NCBI GenBank assembly: GCA_027491435.1
Contig: JAOZFG010000006.1
Span: 1-38,870, forward strand
Length of the DNA stretch: 38,870 nucleotides
Source of the DNA: Thermoproteota archaeon
GTDB lineage: Archaea > Korarchaeota > Korarchaeia > Korarchaeales > Korarchaeaceae
Reading direction: 5' to 3'
Shown: piece by piece, positions 18,828 to 27,242 of the stretch
Layout of the letters: each line of letters opens with the position of its first letter
Numbering within the stretch: the first letter of the stretch is position 1
Made by a program: the position numbers and the translations under genes
The notes under the pieces: generated by a model
What the model was told of the DNA's origin: nothing
Seen by the model: the letters and a program-made list of their open reading frames with translations, nothing else
Database searches by the model: none

Positions 18828-19538
18828 ATGGCCAGACTGAAGCTAGCAGTACCCCTGGCCCTGCTGGTTGTTTTGGGATTAGCCCTAACTGTAAAGAAGG
18901 AAAGACGTGATGGGGCCGTGATAATCGATGGTTTGGCTTCGGACTACCCCAATCCTGAGCTGATAGAGAAATTGAAGGATTACCTGAGGAAGTCAGGATA
19001 TGAAAGGGTGGACGTCTATAATGGAAGGGAGGTCACCGTATCCCTTTACCAGGAGCTTCCCAAGAGGGGCTACAAGCTAATCCTGATAAGGGCTCATAGC
19101 GCCCCGGCTCCGAGCGGAGGAGGCACAGTGATTTTCACAGGAGAACCAGCTAACAGCTCCGCCTACATATTCGAGAGGATAAGTGGTTTCGTCGTGAAAG
19201 CTAGAACTTTGGAAGGCAATAGAACTTATTTCGCTGTAACTCCTAAGTTTTGGATGGAAAAGGCTAAGGGAAACTTTGACAGTGCAATAGTAGTCATGAT
19301 GAGCTGCTACGGGTTCCTGGATGATGTCCTTCCTAAGGTGTTCATCATGAAGGGGGCCTCCTACTACGTGGGGTGGGAGGAGAAGGTCTCCCTCACCTAC
19401 GTAGACGAAGCGGTCGAGGTCTTCGTTAAGAAGTTGTCAGAGGGAATGAGTATAGAAGATGCTGTGAAATACGTTAATGAGGTGCTTGGCCCAGACCCTT
19501 CCACCAACAGCTACATGAGGTACGCTAAGAGGCCTTGA
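18828..19538 (+). CDS. Membrane-anchored or secreted hypothetical protein, possible clan CD (caspase/gingipain-like) fold
   Basis: N-terminal hydrophobic helix; LILIRAHS and VVMMSC strands; GA..YVGW motif. Confidence 0.6.
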   Translation: MARLKLAVPLALLVVLGLALTVKKERRDGAVIIDGLASDYPNPELIEKLKDYLRKSGYERVDVYNGREVTVSLYQELPKRGYKLILIRAHSAPAPSGGGTVIFTGEPANSSAYIFERISGFVVKARTLEGNRTYFAVTPKFWMEKAKGNFDSAIVVMMSCYGFLDDVLPKVFIMKGASYYVGWEEKVSLTYVDEAVEVFVKKLSEGMSIEDAVKYVNEVLGPDPSTNSYMRYAKRP

Positions 19539-20643
19539 CTAGCACCATTCTCCTGGTAACCGTAGATAGGACGTGTTTTAACCTCTTTGTAGCCTTCCTA
19601 GAGCCCTTACCTAACACCTTAATCTTGGGCCCTTTCAGGTAGACCTTAGTCACCTTGAAACCTAAAGCTGCGCCTAAAAGGGGAACTTCCTCAACGTCAA
19701 ACTCAGGTAAACCGGGATAGCAGGGACCCATGTTGCACATGTGACAGGGCAATCTGTGGGCAAGGGAGTTAGCGGCGCAGGCCGACGGGAGCACCTTGAA
19801 ACCCAGATCCTTGGCAACCTTTGTAAGGAACCTCTTTACGTCGTCCACCCTGACGGGCACCTGCTCATTCCCCTTAACCTCCCTGATAGCCCTGCTCTCT
19901 ATCTCTTCCGTGGAAACCCCGGCGAAATTCAGCCTCCTGAGAATTCCCTCGGTGACCCTTAGCCCGCCTATTATCACGTTATCGGTGAACTCCCTGGCCG
20001 CTTGCAATATTTTAGGTCCATCCTCCTCTGATATCCCCGGGATAACAGGCCTCATGAAAAGAGTAACGTGTAGGCCTTTAGATGACAGGTTTCTAATAGT
20101 CTCAAATCGGGCCTCAGGGGACGGGGCTCCTGGCTCCAATTCCCTCCTTAAGGTAGTTATTGAGACCAGCAGGCTAGCTGACGGGTCAATCTCTTTTATT
20201 TTAGAGGCCAAGCTCTCGTCTATGTGTGCCTTGGTGGACACCTGCACCGGGTTCTTGAGGAAGCGGCTGACGGCCCTCATGTACTCCAGCGTCCTCTCAG
20301 TAGTCTCTCGGAGAAAGGGTTCCGTCACGGACCCGAAGGCCAGGTAGGTGCCTGACTCCCCCAGGACCGTGTAAGGGTTCACCGCTATGGCGTAGGCCAG
20401 CTGTGTTCCCGAAAGCCTGTAGGGTTTAGGGGACATGGGAATTCCCATGTCAGGCACGTAGCAGTAGACGCAGGCGAAGCTGCAGCCAGTGCCCGCGTGG
20501 ACGGTCAGCCCACAAGGCCTCGGCTCCCTCTTAGCGTGAGGGTCTTTCCTGGCCTCTCTGGCCTCCCTTTCAGTTAACTCGCCTCTAATCCTCTCGGCCA
20601 CCCTGTGCTTAAATTCTAAGGCCTTGAGCAGCTCCACCTTCAT
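19525..20643 (-). CDS. Radical SAM protein (SplB/spore-photoproduct-lyase-like archaeal family)
   Basis: GCSFACVYCY, GSVTEPF, STK, SITT, EPGAPSP..RF and RPVIPG motifs; additional C-terminal Cys cluster. Confidence 0.8.
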   Translation of the reverse strand: MKVELLKALEFKHRVAERIRGELTEREAREARKDPHAKREPRPCGLTVHAGTGCSFACVYCYVPDMGIPMSPKPYRLSGTQLAYAIAVNPYTVLGESGTYLAFGSVTEPFLRETTERTLEYMRAVSRFLKNPVQVSTKAHIDESLASKIKEIDPSASLLVSITTLRRELEPGAPSPEARFETIRNLSSKGLHVTLFMRPVIPGISEEDGPKILQAAREFTDNVIIGGLRVTEGILRRLNFAGVSTEEIESRAIREVKGNEQVPVRVDDVKRFLTKVAKDLGFKVLPSACAANSLAHRLPCHMCNMGPCYPGLPEFDVEEVPLLGAALGFKVTKVYLKGPKIKVLGKGSRKATKRLKHVLSTVTRRMVLVKAS

Positions 20644-20729
20644 CTAGGCTGAATCGTAGTGGTCACATAAATGGTTATCATGAATGGAGACACCTTTAAG
20701 TTAAAGGGACCGTATCACCAGGTGATAGT

Positions 20730-21143
20730 ATGCCCAAGGTAGAGCAAATCAAAGTCAAGGATTTGATAAGCAGGCCTAAGCCGATTACCGTTAGGAGGGA
20801 CGCCTCCTTAAAGGAGGCGGCTAAGTTGATGGCCGATGAGAGGATAGGCTTCCTAGTCGTGGTGGCCGACGACGACGAGAGGGAAGTTATAGGGGTCATC
20901 TCAGAAAGGGACATAATTAATGCCTTCGGCTACGGGAAGGACGACATTAAGGTCGAAGATATGATGAAGACCAACATCGTACACGTCTACGAGGACGACC
21001 CCATAAGCAAGGCGGCTAAGCTCATGAAGGAGCATAACATAAGGCACCTGGTGGTTCTAGACAGAGATGGAAAGCTGGCTGGAGTGCTTTCCATAAAGGA
21101 CCTAACCTACAAAGAGGGAGCCCTGTTCTCACTAATATTCTAG
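20730..21143 (+). CDS. CBS-domain pair protein
   Basis: Two CBS repeats (GVISERDI, GVLSIKDL); SD AGGTGA upstream. Confidence 0.9.
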   Translation: MPKVEQIKVKDLISRPKPITVRRDASLKEAAKLMADERIGFLVVVADDDEREVIGVISERDIINAFGYGKDDIKVEDMMKTNIVHVYEDDPISKAAKLMKEHNIRHLVVLDRDGKLAGVLSIKDLTYKEGALFSLIF

Positions 21144-21923
21144 GCCGTAATCACTAGGAGTAACGTAAAAGGTCAACTTTGCCCTGTGATAATCCCTTAT
21201 GACTTGCCTAGCGGCCTCATCAACGTCTGGCTCCCTACCCCTAACCCAACCCCTCTTTACGGCCAGCGCCTCCAGTACTTTTACTGGATCCCTCTCATCT
21301 ATCCTGTAGGCTCTCCAAACTGATGAGGGGTCTACTTGCAGGGCTCTTTCAAGCAGTTTGACCGCTACCTCTATAGGATTCCTCATTTCCTCCGGAGGGA
21401 CCCCCCTCACAGCTATCTCTAGGGGATTGCCTTCAGCGGGAACTATGCCCGGAGAGTCAAGTATGTAGAGCTTGCTGTCTATTCTGTAAAGCTGAAAATG
21501 CCTGGTGTACCCTGGGTTACCCGGTATTGGGCTTGTTGAAGCTGAGCTCCTCCCCTTTAACACATTAATTATTGAGCTCTTACCGACTTTAGGGTATCCA
21601 GCTATTAGAGCTTTAACGGGAAGTTCTGGGGCCTCCCTCTTTATGAACCTCCTGAGCCTTAGGGTGCCCAACCTTTCCCTGGCGCTCACGTATATCGACT
21701 TGAGGCCCATAGAGTCGAACAATCTCTTCCACTCATCAAGCACGTTCTTAGGAACTAGGTCAGATTTATTCATCACCAGTATTAGCTTCTTTCCCTTCTC
21801 CCCGGCCATCCTCTCTAGCTTCTCGCTTCTAGTGGTCCAGGGATCTCTAGAGTCCAGCACCTCAATTACCATGTTTACCTGATCCATAGCCTTTGATAGA
21901 TCCTTCCACGTGGCTATCTTCAT
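21132..21923 (-). CDS. Circularly permuted ribosome-biogenesis GTPase (YlqF/RbgA family)
   Basis: Motif order NKSD (G4), SARE (G5), GYPKVGKS (G1), PGYT (G2), DSPG (G3). Confidence 0.9.
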   Translation of the reverse strand: MKIATWKDLSKAMDQVNMVIEVLDSRDPWTTRSEKLERMAGEKGKKLILVMNKSDLVPKNVLDEWKRLFDSMGLKSIYVSARERLGTLRLRRFIKREAPELPVKALIAGYPKVGKSSIINVLKGRSSASTSPIPGNPGYTRHFQLYRIDSKLYILDSPGIVPAEGNPLEIAVRGVPPEEMRNPIEVAVKLLERALQVDPSSVWRAYRIDERDPVKVLEALAVKRGWVRGREPDVDEAARQVIRDYHRAKLTFYVTPSDYGLEY

Positions 21924-22243
21924 TTTAACACGCTCATCAGCCTCTCCTTTATCATTTCCTTAGGAGGCCTGTCGTAAATGGAGCCCTTCCACTTGTAGAG
22001 CCTCGTGCATGAAGCCTTGTACTCTCCCCTATCCTTGAAGTTGGGGTCTAGGTCTTCCCCGTTTATCCTGATCGTGGGCACCCCCATGACCCTGTGTTGC
22101 CTGGCCTCATAATCGTTGGCTAACATAACCTCCTCTATTTCGTAATCCTCGACTCCCAGCTCGCTCAGTGCATCTTTAATATCTTTTATAATGGGATCTC
22201 TAGGACACTCTGGGGTATAGTAAAGCTGAATCTTAAGCCTCAT
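21920..22243 (-). CDS. Small thioredoxin-fold protein (DUF2703-like)
   Basis: YYTPECP, GVPTIRING.D and SCTRLY motifs. Confidence 0.7.
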   Translation of the reverse strand: MRLKIQLYYTPECPRDPIIKDIKDALSELGVEDYEIEEVMLANDYEARQHRVMGVPTIRINGEDLDPNFKDRGEYKASCTRLYKWKGSIYDRPPKEMIKERLMSVLK

Positions 22244-22275
22244 CGCTAATTCAACCGATGCACGAATTTAAATGT

Positions 22276-22698
22276 TTATTCATTCTTTTCCTCAGGCTCC
22301 TTTATTCCCAGGTACTGTCTGACCATCTTGTAATAGTTCTCGACGCTCCCGTATCTCTTCAGAAAGCTCTCGGCGATGTCGTACCCGAACTTCTTCTTGA
22401 ACTCCTCCCTGCCCTCAGGGGTCATGTCGAAGGGAGTCCACGGGGGGTACCACTCTATCTCCACCTCTACATCTTTAAGCTCGGGTATGGCCGCCTTTAA
22501 ACTGTCCTTAACCATTTGAGCCAACATCTGGTAGTACGGACAACCGGGAGCTGTCATGGTCATTCTAACCTTGAGGACGCCATCTTGAAGTTTTAGCTCC
22601 CTTATCAGCCCAAGGTCCACCACGTTAACTGGTATTTCGGGATCAAATACCATCTTGAGGGCTGCTAAGGCCTTAACTCTCACTTCTTCCTCGTTCAT
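22276..22698 (-). CDS. DUF59/SufT-like Fe-S cluster assembly factor
   Basis: VFDPEIPVNVVDLGLI, MTMTAPGCP and WYPPWTP..MT motifs. Confidence 0.92.
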   Translation of the reverse strand: MNEEEVRVKALAALKMVFDPEIPVNVVDLGLIRELKLQDGVLKVRMTMTAPGCPYYQMLAQMVKDSLKAAIPELKDVEVEIEWYPPWTPFDMTPEGREEFKKKFGYDIAESFLKRYGSVENYYKMVRQYLGIKEPEEKNE

Positions 22699-22736
22699 GG
22701 TTATCGGTATAACACCCGTGATCCCTAAATAAAGGT

Positions 22737-22946
22737 TTAGGTTACCCTAATTAGTAACACGGGTCCGGGGTAGAGCCCTCTAACCCAGAGCCTGCTTAGA
22801 AGCCTAGCCCTGTCCTTATCGTGATCTATCACGCTACCATCAACTATAGCGACGAACTCGCCCCTGTACTTCCTCAAGGCGTGCATGTTCCTTTTGGCCC
22901 ATACCTTGCTCATCCTATAACGTTGAAGGTCCCTAACAAGAGACAA
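22737..22946 (-). CDS. Small hypothetical protein (DUF5678-like)
   Basis: KYRGEFVAIVDG.VIDHDKD pattern. Confidence 0.65.
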   Translation of the reverse strand: MSLVRDLQRYRMSKVWAKRNMHALRKYRGEFVAIVDGSVIDHDKDRARLLSRLWVRGLYPGPVLLIRVT

Positions 22947-23009
22947 CCTTTCACCTAATCGATGGCCAGACGGTCAATAAAAGGCAATAAAGAGGGAAGT
23001 AATAAGGGG

Positions 23010-24956
23010 TTAATGCCTCCTACCGGCTAAGTATCCTAAAGCCAATCCCACCAACAACGGGAGGAAGGCCCCCATGACATAATTGATTAACTTCTCAGGG
23101 GCTCTTTTGGTCAACACTTTAGTTACAGTTTCCGTTTTAGTCTGGGTTTCGGTTATCGTGGTTGGCGAGCTCCTAGTAACCGTTTTTCCGCTGGCTTTCT
23201 CAGGTTGTTTATACTTGGTTATAGAGAGCATAATTAGCATCTGTGAGTGCGCTGAAGACATCTCGTAATAGGTTATAGCTCCGAAGACATCTTTTTGAAG
23301 CTCTAACTCAGATGCCGTCTCGTAGTAACTCAAAGCTAAGACGGGGACTACTCCCTTATTCAACAACTTCTTTATGGATGATGAGGCGACTCCCTTCACG
23401 GCATTTAGAGCCGCTAACGGGTCGCTGGTGAACAGTTGATGAATTGTAGTGGTCGCCTTAGCTAGGGACATGGCGGCCAACCCTATGGCCCCATAAGAGT
23501 CTCCTGAAGAGAGAGCTGAGTTAGCCATGTCCAAGTCAGCGTTTACGTCTGATAGAACGGATGAAGAAGATACCTCTGTGGCCAAGCTTAGGGCGTAGGA
23601 TATGACCCCCTCTGCCTCGTATATCATGGTGGATGCCACTTTTCTTAACCTATTCTGATCTACCTTGCCTTCCTTAGAGACGTTAAGTAGCCAAAGCCAG
23701 GTTTTGGCTGTTTCTGCCCTCCATATTGTGTAGGACAGTGTGTGTATAGCCCCCCAGCTGTCATAACCGTCCAACAGGTCTCCTCTAGATATCATTTCAG
23801 CTCCCTGCTTTAACGAGTTTCTGGCCGTGTAATACCTGACCTTAGCGGCCACTAGGGCCTCTAAACCGGATAATGAATCTGGTTTTGTCGAGTTAACTAG
23901 CTTGCCGACAGACTCTACTACAGAGGAAGCCTTGTCAGCTAGTTCCTCTACAGCCTTGTTGCCCTTTCTGACGTACATGGTAAGCCAGTAGGCGTATTCG
24001 GCTTCGTAAGCGGACTGGAACGCGAGGCTGGAAGCCGTGTACAGATTTCCTTCCTTCCTCTGATCACGCGCTTGCATGGCCAGGCTTTCTGAGTCTTTTA
24101 GGACTGATTTTATAGCCCTAGCCGATATTGGATCCACTCCCTTAGAGCTCAGAAGCTCCTCAACTTTAACTCTTAGATGGAATGACGCGTTGAGGTAATG
24201 TTCAACCCAGCCCTCTAGCAGGTCCCTTATGGATTCGGGAAACTCGAAGTTGGTGACAGTTGGTTTTGGGAACTCAACTCCTAAGAAGTACTTGGCGGCC
24301 TCGGCTATGGTCGATACTTCCTTCACCTCAACGCCCAAGCTCCTCCCCAGCTCTATCAGGTCGACAGTTTTTGTCTCCACAGTAGTTATCACCAGGGGCC
24401 CTATCTTCTTCCTTTTGGGGATTGTCTCCACAACCTTCCTCTGACCCGCAGGTATCAGGAATATTTTGGCACCTCCTTCGGCCGCGGCCTTCAGCTTCTC
24501 TGGTATGCCTCCCACGGGACCTACTGTTCCATCTGGATTCACCATGCCGGTCATTATTACGTCTTTCCTCATCTGCTTACCCAAGATCGCCGCTATCGTG
24601 GCTACTGTCATGACGGCTCCAGCGCTAGGCCCTCCTATTATCATGCTGTCGGATTCCAAGCTGTAGTAGAAGTTGTACGACATGGGGTCCACTCCCAGCA
24701 GGTTGCAGGCTACCAGAGCAGCTGTCCTGGCAGCCCCCTGGGTATCCAGCTGTGTCAGAGGGTCTGCCGAGAAATACACCTTACCAGTACCAGAAGTCAC
24801 TTCCACCGTCAAATTGCTAAGAGAACCCTTCATTACTCCCTCAGGCGTCTGATAAACTGCTGGAACTTTTGCTATAACGGCTGGAGAGCCGGAAACTTGA
24901 ATAGATGGTAGAACGAGCATCGCCAATAGGAGAGCTAGAGTTCTCGACGACATCAC
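23010..24956 (-). CDS. Secreted, membrane-anchored S16 Lon-like serine protease (no ATPase domain)
   Basis: Signal peptide; Ser-Lys dyad (GGPSAG, VGGIPEK); TGMVNPDG; helical C-domain, Thr-rich linker, TM helix and RRH. Confidence 0.88.
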   Translation of the reverse strand: MMSSRTLALLLAMLVLPSIQVSGSPAVIAKVPAVYQTPEGVMKGSLSNLTVEVTSGTGKVYFSADPLTQLDTQGAARTAALVACNLLGVDPMSYNFYYSLESDSMIIGGPSAGAVMTVATIAAILGKQMRKDVIMTGMVNPDGTVGPVGGIPEKLKAAAEGGAKIFLIPAGQRKVVETIPKRKKIGPLVITTVETKTVDLIELGRSLGVEVKEVSTIAEAAKYFLGVEFPKPTVTNFEFPESIRDLLEGWVEHYLNASFHLRVKVEELLSSKGVDPISARAIKSVLKDSESLAMQARDQRKEGNLYTASSLAFQSAYEAEYAYWLTMYVRKGNKAVEELADKASSVVESVGKLVNSTKPDSLSGLEALVAAKVRYYTARNSLKQGAEMISRGDLLDGYDSWGAIHTLSYTIWRAETAKTWLWLLNVSKEGKVDQNRLRKVASTMIYEAEGVISYALSLATEVSSSSVLSDVNADLDMANSALSSGDSYGAIGLAAMSLAKATTTIHQLFTSDPLAALNAVKGVASSSIKKLLNKGVVPVLALSYYETASELELQKDVFGAITYYEMSSAHSQMLIMLSITKYKQPEKASGKTVTRSSPTTITETQTKTETVTKVLTKRAPEKLINYVMGAFLPLLVGLALGYLAGRRH

Positions 24957-25042
24957 TTATACAGCTTAAGGAACCCTATTTACCCTTTTTCCGCAAGGTG
25001 ACGTTTATAGCTAAGACTAGGAGTTTCTTTTTAGGTGATATC

Positions 25043-25480
25043 ATGGCCCCGATGTGGAAGCCAAGGAGGAAAATACCCCTAAGAGTTGAAGATATAATGA
25101 GTAAGCCTCCAATAACGGTGACCACTAACTCCACAGTAGATGACGCCGTTAAGTTAATGTGGGAGAAGCAGATCGGCAGCGTGCTGGTAATTGACGACGA
25201 GGGCAAGTTGAGGGGGATAGTGACCCAGAGGGATGTCCTCTACGCCGGCTACAGGGGACTCTGTGGTAAGGGCATACTGGTAACTGACATAATGACTGAA
25301 AATCCCATAACTGTTAAACCGGATGACACCATAGAAGAGGCCGTGAGAAAGATGAGGGAGGCTGACGTCTCACACCTGCCGGTGGTGGACAATGAAGGGA
25401 AGCCCGTGGGAGTCCTATCAATGAGGGATATAATGGACGCGTCAACCTTGCTGCTCAGAGTGTTCTTAGGGGGTGAATGA
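25043..25480 (+). CDS. CBS-domain pair protein
   Basis: Two CBS repeats (GIVTQRDV, GVLSMRDI). Start reassigned to ATG 25043 (AGGTGA SD upstream); the longer ORF overlaps the protease start. Confidence 0.88.
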   Translation: MAPMWKPRRKIPLRVEDIMSKPPITVTTNSTVDDAVKLMWEKQIGSVLVIDDEGKLRGIVTQRDVLYAGYRGLCGKGILVTDIMTENPITVKPDDTIEEAVRKMREADVSHLPVVDNEGKPVGVLSMRDIMDASTLLLRVFLGGE

Positions 25481-25894
25481 GAGCTCCCTCAACCTCGCCT
25501 CAATGTATTTGAGCCTTTCCTCAATCCACCTTTTTCTCTCCCTTAACATCTCCACATCGTCTTTAGGGACAACTGATTTTATCGCCTCATCAGCGGGTAT
25601 CCCGGGGCTTACTTCCTTGTAGGAAATGCCTAAGCTCAACAAGGCTCCCTGAGCGTTTGGCCCTATCATGCTGGCCACTATGACGTTGACGCCTTGGTCG
25701 TAGAGGAACTGTATGGCCATGGGTCCGGCCCCTCCTGGGGAGTTGAAATAGGGGTTCCTGATTAGCTTCCAGCTGGTTATCTTTCCGTCCGCTAGGTCTG
25801 CTATTAGGAAGTAAGGTGCCCTGCCAAAAAGTGATGAGACGGGCGAGTTAAGCCCTCTATCCTCGTCACAGGGAACCGCTACCCTCACCTTCAA
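25466..25894 (-). CDS. NifB/NifX-family (FeMo-co/IssA-like) protein with C-terminal coiled coil
   Basis: VAVP, S.VS..FGRAPYF, NP....GGAG and IGPNA...L...GI motifs; tail EMLRERKRWIEERLKYIEARLREL. Confidence 0.85.
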   Translation of the reverse strand: MKVRVAVPCDEDRGLNSPVSSLFGRAPYFLIADLADGKITSWKLIRNPYFNSPGGAGPMAIQFLYDQGVNVIVASMIGPNAQGALLSLGISYKEVSPGIPADEAIKSVVPKDDVEMLRERKRWIEERLKYIEARLRELSFTP

Positions 25895-26300
25895 GCTCCC
25901 TTAACCTCCTCTTCAATTCCTCTAACTCCCTCTCTAGTTCCTCCTTCTCTCTGAGTAATGCTTCTCTTTCCTCGTTAGGATCGTAGTACTGGTAGGGGTA
26001 TCTCCAAGTAGTCCATGGGCCGCCGAGGATCTCCCAAGCATGTACGATCCTGCCTGATGGATCCATGTAAAAGGCCATGGGCCCTACACCACTCCTGCAT
26101 GGACCTATATACCTGTAGCCTCTTCTAGCGGCGTATTCTACCGCTGGATAGCCTATAATTGGCCCCCACGGTCCGGGACCCCATCCAGGTCCCCAGCCAG
26201 CTCCCCAACCTCCGCCCCATCCTGCTCCACCCCGGCCTCCGCCCCAACCTCCTTTCCTACCTCCTCTCCACCTTCTACCTCTGCCGCCCCATCCGAACAT
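25866..26300 (-). CDS. Gly/Trp/Arg-rich protein with C-terminal coiled coil (DUF5320-like)
   Basis: Low-complexity GW/GR N-terminus; YRYIGPCRSG.GP.AFY core; EEREALLREKEELERELEELKRRLREL tail. Confidence 0.8.
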   Translation of the reverse strand: MFGWGGRGRRWRGGRKGGWGGGRGGAGWGGGWGAGWGPGWGPGPWGPIIGYPAVEYAARRGYRYIGPCRSGVGPMAFYMDPSGRIVHAWEILGGPWTTWRYPYQYYDPNEEREALLREKEELERELEELKRRLRELEGEGSGSL

Positions 26301-26310
26301 GGTCTCACCA

Positions 26311-26337
26311 TGATATAGGTATCAAAGTAACCTATAT
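26311..26337. promoter_or_regulatory. Candidate PadR operator in the divergent promoter
   Basis: Palindrome TGATA-TAGG-TATCA (26311-26324) overlaps the inverted repeat ATATAGGT-N9-ACCTATAT (26313-26337) and the TATA-like TATATAA. Confidence 0.5.
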
Positions 26338-26367
26338 AATTGTATTGCTCCCCTGTGAGGTCGCGAG

Positions 26368-26727
26368 ATGGGTCGCAGGTGGAGGTGGGGAAAGCGAAGA
26401 GAATGGGGCATTTCAGGCCTCTACCCTACCCTAGTTCTGCTTATGATCTCTAAGGGGATAACTCATGGATACGACATAAGGAGGAAAATAGAAGAGGCAA
26501 TAGGTGCTCCTCTACCTGACGGCTTCATCTACGTTACCCTAGCCAGGCTGGAGGCTTCAGGTCTCATAATCTCCACGAAGGTTGTTGGGGATCCTCGAGG
26601 GAAGAAGCTCTACGATCTAACCCCTCTGGGCAGGCAGGAACTAGCTATGAGGATAAATGAGCTAAAAAAATTAAAATATTTAATAGATTGGATGATCTCG
26701 TTTTATGAATCAGGGGCGGGTCTCTAG
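26368..26727 (+). CDS. PadR-family transcriptional regulator
   Basis: HGYDI, G.IY..L.RLE..GLI and KKLY.LT..GR motifs. Confidence 0.9.
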   Translation: MGRRWRWGKRREWGISGLYPTLVLLMISKGITHGYDIRRKIEEAIGAPLPDGFIYVTLARLEASGLIISTKVVGDPRGKKLYDLTPLGRQELAMRINELKKLKYLIDWMISFYESGAGL

Positions 26728-26940
26728 CTCTTTCAGCCTCTTGTCTATCTCTTCCAGCCTCTTAAGCAAGTACTCCTTTTCCCTCTTAAGGTACTCCCTC
26801 TCAACCTCAGGAGTAATCCATGAGCTCAACCAATAAGGCCACCATGGCACAGGAATCGTCCCGTATCTGCTCAACCAGTTGGCCGCCCAGAACCAGCACC
26901 AACCTCTACCCCAAGGCCTGCCCCACCAAGCCCACCACAT
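26710..26940 (-). CDS. Small Trp-rich protein with C-terminal coiled coil (DUF5320-like)
   Basis: MWWAWWGRPWGRGWCW...TPEVEREYLKREKEYLLKRLEEIDKRLKEL. Start set at ATG 26940 (GGGGTGGGAG SD). Confidence 0.75.
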   Translation of the reverse strand: MWWAWWGRPWGRGWCWFWAANWLSRYGTIPVPWWPYWLSSWITPEVEREYLKREKEYLLKRLEEIDKRLKELETRP

Positions 26941-27002
26941 GCTCCCACCCCTTATATTGATACCCATGTAAAAGATATATATGTGTTAGCTTCAGAAGGC
27001 CT

Positions 27003-27242
27003 GTGAGGGTTCGGGTCATCGTCAGGCCGAATTCGAAGAGGGATGGTGTAACCAAAGAGGGGGACGTCTTGATAGTATCGGTCACGGACCCTCCTAGGAA
27101 GGGGAAAGCTAACAGGAAGGTTATAGAGCTCCTGGCCAGCTACTTTAAGGTTAAACGGTCTCAAGTTTCCATAATCTCCGGGTATAAGTCTAGAGAGAAG
27201 GTAGTTGAGGTAGAAGGCCTCAACGAGAAGTTTATATCGTGA
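27003..27242 (+). CDS. DUF167/YggU-family protein
   Basis: V.PNS, PP.KGKAN..VI..LA.YF and I.SG..SR.K motifs. Confidence 0.9.
   Translation: MRVRVIVRPNSKRDGVTKEGDVLIVSVTDPPRKGKANRKVIELLASYFKVKRSQVSIISGYKSREKVVEVEGLNEKFIS

Noticed and set aside
24905-25042. N-terminal extension of the CBS protein
   Set aside because: It overlaps the divergent protease start and promoter; a good SD precedes ATG 25043.
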